From a virus (taxonomy: Duplodnaviria; Caudoviricetes): a DNA stretch of 64,000 bases. The notes under the pieces were generated by a model that made no database searches, had not been told where the DNA came from, and worked only from the letters and a program-made list of their open reading frames with translations. This document shows positions 58,334 through 64,000 of the stretch, one piece after another. The position numbers and the translations under genes are program-made. Position 1 is the stretch's first letter. The number at the start of each line of letters is the position of its first letter. The stretch is taken from positions 32,001-96,000 of IMG/VR virus record IMGVR_UViG_3300017791_000207; one strand, given 5' to 3'.

Positions 58334-60064
58334 ATGGCAGGAAATTGCGGTGATCCTTGTGGAAATAATCCCATACATTATAATTCACCATTTAAGCCTA
58401 CTTCAGGTAATTGTGGATGTACAGATGCTTCCAATATCATTTATACTGGTGTGGCACTTCCATGTTCAAGTATTCAACCAAATACTAACCTAGAGGATGT
58501 AATTAAAGCTTTGGATGCCAAAGTATGTCAAGCAGCAGGAGATTATTCCACTTATAATACACACTGTCTTGCAGGATTATATACTATTAATACTGAAGCT
58601 CAATTTGTATCTGCAATTACTGACTATGCGTGTAATTTAAGTACTTCTTTTACTACTTTTACAGATACAATATTTCCTGCCTCTAATACCAACTTACAAA
58701 ATCAGATTAATGCCCTTGTAAACCCAAATCTAACTCTTTGCACTTATTCAGGAGTAATTTCAAGTGATACACAAAATGGTATCAATACTAAGTTTGCCAA
58801 TAAACTTTGTGACTTAAATTCAAGGTTAGACATCTCTTCTGTAGATTGGAATAATTGTTACACAGTAGTAACACCACCAACTACAATACCTGCTGCATTT
58901 CAATTACTTGCTGACCAAGTTTGTCAGGCGGCTACAACAGGTGCATCAGCAGCATTACCTACCTTTAATAACCAAGGTTCATGTCTTCCTGCACCACTGG
59001 GGACAGCAGATACTTTGGTTAACACCATAAACAAGATTAAGACAAGGCTTTGTCAATCTCCTGTTTATGATATTAATACTTCTCCTTGGGGTTGTATTGC
59101 AAATCCTGCCGCAGGAACAGGTCCAAATATTCAAGCTGCATTTGATGCTACACTACCGATATTGAATAATCTTTATGGTAATAGGTACACTTTTGATGGA
59201 GACCAATTTATCCTAACACAAACTACAACAGGTAATGCTTGTTCAGGGTTTACAGTTTCGCTTGATCCAAGTGTAGGTATCACAGATAACAAAGTTGCTG
59301 TTACAAATTCAGATACTAATCCTTCCTATCTACAAGATAAATTAGAAGAAGGTACTAACATTAATTTTGACTATAGTAATCCAGAAAAAGTAGTTATAAA
59401 CTCTACTTTTACAGATGAACATATTAAAACTACATCAGATGATCCTTCGGCAGGATATCTTCAAGATAAGATAATAGCAGGTTCAGATTCAAATGGTGTT
59501 TCAATTGGTGTATCAACAGTATCAAACCAATTAGTAATTGCACCAACCGTAGATACAAATACACTTGCAACAAGTATCATGCAAGCTATTCAAAATGATA
59601 TTAATCTATATAACCAATTTTGTGAATTATCTTGTGGATGTGCTCCTTGTTCAAGTACCACAACTACATCTGTACCAACTTCTACATTAAGATTCTACTT
59701 ACAAAATGATGACACTGCAAATTATGGAGAAATTCAAGTAATTGCTACACAGAATAATCCAACAGTAAGTCTTGAAAATATTGGTTATAACATTGCAGCA
59801 AATGGTTCTCAAATAGCAGGATTCCATTTCTTGACAAGTACCATATTACCAAGAACTATTTCTTTGAATCTCATAAATCCTGGTAGACAAAGATACGATA
59901 TCCAAGTTGCAGTAGGATTAGGTGGATCATTTACACCTATTGCAGGCACTACAACATATTCAACTACTAATTTCAGTTCTTATAATAATCTATCTTTTAA
60001 TATAGGTTCTTTATCAGGAGATATAGTTATCAGGATAATAATAAACAATGTAGAACCAATATAA
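58334..60064 (+). CDS. Cys-rich tail/structural protein
   Basis: Many Cys, duplicated D..P.YLQDKL/I motif, Thr-rich linker. Confidence 0.6.
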   Translation: MAGNCGDPCGNNPIHYNSPFKPTSGNCGCTDASNIIYTGVALPCSSIQPNTNLEDVIKALDAKVCQAAGDYSTYNTHCLAGLYTINTEAQFVSAITDYACNLSTSFTTFTDTIFPASNTNLQNQINALVNPNLTLCTYSGVISSDTQNGINTKFANKLCDLNSRLDISSVDWNNCYTVVTPPTTIPAAFQLLADQVCQAATTGASAALPTFNNQGSCLPAPLGTADTLVNTINKIKTRLCQSPVYDINTSPWGCIANPAAGTGPNIQAAFDATLPILNNLYGNRYTFDGDQFILTQTTTGNACSGFTVSLDPSVGITDNKVAVTNSDTNPSYLQDKLEEGTNINFDYSNPEKVVINSTFTDEHIKTTSDDPSAGYLQDKIIAGSDSNGVSIGVSTVSNQLVIAPTVDTNTLATSIMQAIQNDINLYNQFCELSCGCAPCSSTTTTSVPTSTLRFYLQNDDTANYGEIQVIATQNNPTVSLENIGYNIAANGSQIAGFHFLTSTILPRTISLNLINPGRQRYDIQVAVGLGGSFTPIAGTTTYSTTNFSSYNNLSFNIGSLSGDIVIRIIINNVEPI

Positions 60065-60065
60065 T

Positions 60066-60857
60066 ATGTCAAAATATAATTGTTCATGTACAACTGATAA
60101 AACAAAAGTAAGCTCCGATAATGTCTATTATGCAGGAGCTTATCTTTCTACATTGAATATCAATCCTAATGAATATCTTACTTCTATACTTCAAAAGATA
60201 AATGACTATAATTTTAATGCTACATCTTGTGTAAGTTGTGATAATGGAATTCCTGTATTCACGGGCATTAAAAACTCTTTTGCGCTATCTACTGATGCAA
60301 ATGGTAAAGTTATCACAGCAACTAATGTTTATAATAAGACTGAAGTAAATAATCTTATATTAGCAGGAAATACCAATATAAGTAATACAGATTTAACTTT
60401 AACAGGAAATAGGGTATTAAGTGGTAATGATACAAGAAATTTATCTATAATTCATATAAACAATATTGTCTTTGGTGCAAATTCGTTTTCATTTCAAAAT
60501 ACTTTAAATAACACTTTTAGTTATCAAGGACAAAATGGAAACGTATACACGATAAATTCTGATAACACTACATCAGATGTTGATTATCAATTACCTGATG
60601 ATTCTGGGACAATAGCTTTAGAAAGTTATGTAGATGACGAGATAGATGACAATAGAAATAAACCTCTATTAACTGATAATTCAGGAAATATAGTTGATTC
60701 TTATCTTGTAAATAAAGACTTGAGAGTTTTGATAGGCGCAACTTTTACTTTTGAAAACGGGGTTCATTTTAATAAAGTTTTGAATTCAAACACTCTTACA
60801 ATGATATCTCCTAATACACTTTTGCCTAATTATAATTATACACCTATATACAATTAA
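60066..60857 (+). CDS. Tail-module protein
   Basis: N-terminus like 57186/58334 products; C-terminal module shared with 60857-61267. Confidence 0.55.
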   Translation: MSKYNCSCTTDKTKVSSDNVYYAGAYLSTLNINPNEYLTSILQKINDYNFNATSCVSCDNGIPVFTGIKNSFALSTDANGKVITATNVYNKTEVNNLILAGNTNISNTDLTLTGNRVLSGNDTRNLSIIHINNIVFGANSFSFQNTLNNTFSYQGQNGNVYTINSDNTTSDVDYQLPDDSGTIALESYVDDEIDDNRNKPLLTDNSGNIVDSYLVNKDLRVLIGATFTFENGVHFNKVLNSNTLTMISPNTLLPNYNYTPIYN

Positions 60858-61267
60858 TGTCAACAATTAAAATTAAACAAGTACTTTTTCCTTTAATAGA
60901 TACTTCTCAACCAAGGCCACAATTTCCAGATCCCTATGCTAATGTACTTTTTGGTGGTGATTCAACAGGAAATCTAACAATATGGAGAGATTCTACTCAA
61001 ACATGGGATGTACCAACACAAGAGGAAATAAATGAAAATGTTCCAAGATATATAACTAATACCAATGGAACTTTTATATCTAAAACAGATTCAAATGGTA
61101 ATTTGATAGATTATAGGTTTTTAAAACAAAATGTGTCTAAGATAAGTTTAAACAACATATATTTTTCTGAAATAGAAAGTTTTACCAAAGAATATAATTC
61201 TGACACAATATTAATGATTTTACCAAACACACTTTTACCTAATACAGAATATTTAATTACGAAATAA
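60857..61267 (+). CDS. Tail-module protein
   Basis: TAATG-coupled on both sides; shared TD..GN..D...PNTLLPN..Y module. Confidence 0.55.
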   Translation: MSTIKIKQVLFPLIDTSQPRPQFPDPYANVLFGGDSTGNLTIWRDSTQTWDVPTQEEINENVPRYITNTNGTFISKTDSNGNLIDYRFLKQNVSKISLNNIYFSEIESFTKEYNSDTILMILPNTLLPNTEYLITK

Positions 61268-62907
61268 TGTCCACACCGATAGCCATAGCTAAACAAGGAG
61301 ATTCAAGATATGAAGTAGATCAGCAATCTCAAAATATATTCACTAATGAGTTTGCTCTAACACCAAATGACTCAACTGCTGCTCCAACTCCTGTTGATTT
61401 AACACTTAATGGAAAATTCATTAGGATAAGATCCAACGGTGACTTGGTTACATATAATGGAACAGATTGGATTGTTATAAATAAAGATAATATTATAACA
61501 GATGCGAACGCTTATACAGATACACAAGATGTACAAGTTTTATCTAATGCAGAAGTATTTGCCACCAATGCTGACACAACAGTTTTAAATTCAGCAAATA
61601 CTTATACAAATTCACAAGTATCCACCAAAATAAATATTACTGATGCGGTAGATAAAACATCAGTACAAACTATCACAGGTGTTAAAAATCTTCCAAATGG
61701 ATTTCAGATAAATGGTGGATTTACGCCACCCTATAAATCTTTTAGTTATATAGCCCCCGCAGTGCAGAATAATCCCACATTGAATGTACAAGGGCAGTAT
61801 ATTCAACTTAGAATGTCAGGAGATTTAGGTGCATTTGTAAATGATGCAGCAGCATCTGAAATAAGATTATCTGGTGTTACAAATACAGGAACAGGGCAAA
61901 GTGCACAAGAAAATTCTGTTGTAATTTCGGGAGGAGTTAATAATATTAATTTGGTATGTGGTACACTTAGCAATGTGCATACCGAAAATAGTCCTACTGG
62001 TTCATGTACTACTACATGGGTAAATGCGGCAACACAAGTTCCTACACAAGCAGGGTTTACATACGGAACAATAGTAAGCGGTTATTTTGCATCACAAATA
62101 GCAGGTACAAATAATTATACATTATACGCTGATGGGGGTAACTCAGTAATCCCCACAATAGTTCCAAAGGATGTTACTACAGCAGGATTAATCGTAAAGG
62201 GACTACCAAGTCAATCTGCCGCATTATTTGCAATAACAAATTCATCCGGGTCAACAGGGTTGAACATGCAGGCCAATCTTACTGGTGGAATGGGTGGTCT
62301 TATTGCAGGTTCCAACTTTTGGGTAAATAATAACACTACCTCTGCTAGTACTGTTAACCTTACGCTTAAGGCTATAATTTCTCAAACAGCTCCATATTTA
62401 AATTTGACTACATCAACAAATGCAGTTGTAGGGTTTATTGCGGCTGATGGGGGTATAAAATCGGGGGGAACAACGCGAGATGCATCGGCCATTGCAGATA
62501 TAGAAAGTACAACAAAAGGACTACTCATACCTCGTATGAGTACTACACAAAAGAATGCTATTTCTTCTCCTGCAACAGGTCTCACAGTTACAGATACTAC
62601 CTTAAATAGAAATCAATATTATGATGGAACATCATGGCAAACAGTACCAATAAAAATAGAAGTAACAACTACTATCGATTTTGGAAGTATTGCTGCTAAT
62701 TCACAATTAGATGCCCCCTCTCCAATAACTTTTGCAGGAGCAGCCATAGGAGATCAGATATTTGTTACTCCTGTTACAGATATTTCAGGATTAATGTTCA
62801 AAGGTAAATGTACCACAGCAGGACAAGTGATTCCAATCGGTATAAATTTCACCACATCAGCAATTGATCCAACATCTCAATCTTTTAAGATATCAATAAT
62901 TAAATAA
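61267..62907 (+). CDS. Tail fibre / receptor-binding protein candidate
   Basis: ANAYTD repeats, QTITGVK, ASAIADIESTTKGLLIPRM....NAISSPATGL...YYDG..W module. Confidence 0.7.
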   Translation: MSTPIAIAKQGDSRYEVDQQSQNIFTNEFALTPNDSTAAPTPVDLTLNGKFIRIRSNGDLVTYNGTDWIVINKDNIITDANAYTDTQDVQVLSNAEVFATNADTTVLNSANTYTNSQVSTKINITDAVDKTSVQTITGVKNLPNGFQINGGFTPPYKSFSYIAPAVQNNPTLNVQGQYIQLRMSGDLGAFVNDAAASEIRLSGVTNTGTGQSAQENSVVISGGVNNINLVCGTLSNVHTENSPTGSCTTTWVNAATQVPTQAGFTYGTIVSGYFASQIAGTNNYTLYADGGNSVIPTIVPKDVTTAGLIVKGLPSQSAALFAITNSSGSTGLNMQANLTGGMGGLIAGSNFWVNNNTTSASTVNLTLKAIISQTAPYLNLTTSTNAVVGFIAADGGIKSGGTTRDASAIADIESTTKGLLIPRMSTTQKNAISSPATGLTVTDTTLNRNQYYDGTSWQTVPIKIEVTTTIDFGSIAANSQLDAPSPITFAGAAIGDQIFVTPVTDISGLMFKGKCTTAGQVIPIGINFTTSAIDPTSQSFKISIIK

Positions 62908-63419
62908 TGAAAAATTTGAATAGAGCAACAACCACTACAATTATAGCCTTAAGTGTTATAGGATTATCATTCTTAATATTAATACTTACTATTTTGGGAA
63001 TTGTTCATTCACAAGAATCAATGCAAACTCAAATAATTCAATTAATATCAAACCTTTTGGTTTATATCCTTGGATTTTACTTTGGTTCAACACATCAATC
63101 TAATCAAATCACAAATACAGAAACAACAAAACCACCTACAAAAATGCCAAACCCTCAAATCTTTTGGGATATTACCCCAAATGGAGACACAAAAATCACA
63201 AGTATCAATTCAACATCAATCGACTTTAGTTATTGGGATCAATTCTTATTTGACAATCCTGACTTCTCAATCATTAAAGACAGTACCGACCAAGATGTCC
63301 TGGCAGTTCAGACAAGCAGCACAATGACACTAGGTTATTCAACACCTTCGGGAAGTTTTACATCTAATTCTGTAATTGCAAACTTTACGGGTGGCAGGCC
63401 CGATCGCATCCCAAAATAA
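62907..63419 (+). CDS. Holin-like membrane protein with soluble C-terminal extension
   Basis: Two TM helices ending ILGFYFGS. Confidence 0.5.
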   Translation: MKNLNRATTTTIIALSVIGLSFLILILTILGIVHSQESMQTQIIQLISNLLVYILGFYFGSTHQSNQITNTETTKPPTKMPNPQIFWDITPNGDTKITSINSTSIDFSYWDQFLFDNPDFSIIKDSTDQDVLAVQTSSTMTLGYSTPSGSFTSNSVIANFTGGRPDRIPK

Positions 63420-63430
63420 AAACAAATTAA

Positions 63431-63763
63431 ATGAATACAATCTTAGCTATACTACTTACCTTGGTAAACACACTAAGGTACAACTTACCAAATTCCATAC
63501 ATAACATATCAGTCTTTGATGTTTTAAGTCTTGTAGCTTTAGGATTAACATTAATTATATCCCTTGGTAAAGATAAAAATGTCCTTACCAAGGGACTTTT
63601 AGTTTTTAATCTGATTGGTTGTGCTGACTCAATAATCGATGAACTATGGTCTGATCCTACTTTTGTAGGTATATCTGACTTAAAAGTACTATTTGCCACT
63701 GTAATAATAACTATAATCTACATGGTTTATCGGGTGAAAATCAAAGATGAGCCGTTACTATAA
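63431..63763 (+). CDS. Multi-pass membrane protein
   Basis: Three to four hydrophobic segments. Confidence 0.55.
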   Translation: MNTILAILLTLVNTLRYNLPNSIHNISVFDVLSLVALGLTLIISLGKDKNVLTKGLLVFNLIGCADSIIDELWSDPTFVGISDLKVLFATVIITIIYMVYRVKIKDEPLL

Positions 63764-63775
63764 CCACCCTCACCG

Positions 63776-64000
63776 ATGGAACCCACTACTTCTGCAATAA
63801 AATATCTCACCAAAGAACGTCTTCAATTAATAGAAAAATTCATAGTTTACATACTCCTTATCTACTTTATATATGAGAACAAACAAAGCGAGATAGAGAA
63901 AACAAAAATTCTTCAACAACAAATAGATGTACTTTCCAAGAATAAGGATTCTGAGAATCAACAACTTCAAATAATAAATAAGTTAGTCAATGCGAAACCT
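63776..64000 (+). CDS. Partial TM plus coiled-coil protein (lysis-module candidate), truncated by window end
   Basis: MEPTTSAIKYLTKERLQLIEKFIVYILLIYFIYENKQ... open to the end. Confidence 0.45.
   Translation, partial: MEPTTSAIKYLTKERLQLIEKFIVYILLIYFIYENKQSEIEKTKILQQQIDVLSKNKDSENQQLQIINKLVNAKP

Larger units (their letters stand above)
1..64000. other. Partial genome of a crAss-like (Crassvirales-type) phage of a Bacteroidota host
   Basis: TerL-portal-acidic protein-MCP-three further head/tail genes in the order typical of crAss-like phages; PolB/DnaB/prim-pol module on the opposite strand; Bacteroidota -33/-7 promoters; no cellular housekeeping genes. Confidence 0.85.

Noticed and set aside
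881-63699. Short ORF-track entries antisense or out of frame inside long genes (e.g. 881-1069, 6137-6340, 16314-16568, 45386-45601, 62382-62585, 63427-63699)
   Set aside because: Shadow ORFs of well-supported genes, with no motifs or expression signals
1-64000. Stop-codon reassignment, known in some crAss-like phages
   Set aside because: Long genes (polB, terL, portal, MCP) are intact under the standard code, and TAA, TGA and TAG all end genes at tight junctions
1-64000. CRISPR array
   Set aside because: No run of equal-length repeats with unique spacers found by eye

Overview
An AT-rich 64-kb piece of a Bacteroidota phage with crAss-like (Crassvirales-type) organisation, read with the standard genetic code. 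The left arm (about 1-35.5 kb, minus strand) holds early and replication genes: prim-pol, SSB, exonuclease, SF2 helicase, DnaB, family B DNA polymerase and homing endonucleases. The right arm (36.9-64 kb, plus strand) holds a BCS1-like AAA ATPase, GroES, an intein-split large terminase, portal, major capsid, head/tail proteins, a GH19 lysin and membrane/lysis genes. Many Bacteroidota sigma-A promoters (TTTG-N19-21-TAnnTTTG) point to the host phylum. Highlights: (1) a full-length viperin-type radical SAM gene overlapping the start of the DNA polymerase, next to a terD-HAD-PRTase-terC cassette; (2) a complete diversity-generating retroelement (RT, TR, VR; 17 of 17 mismatches at TR adenines) with no visible avd, a non-tail target, an in-frame TGA in the TR, a diverged second target 15.6 kb away, and RT translationally coupled to a large chimeric helicase; (3) a class-3 (Ala-start, WCT) intein at the terminase Walker B; (4) kissing-loop/pseudoknot 5' leaders on two unrelated homing endonuclease genes; (5) a tRNA-like element after the capsid gene. 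All family assignments come from motifs recognised by eye; no database searches were run.
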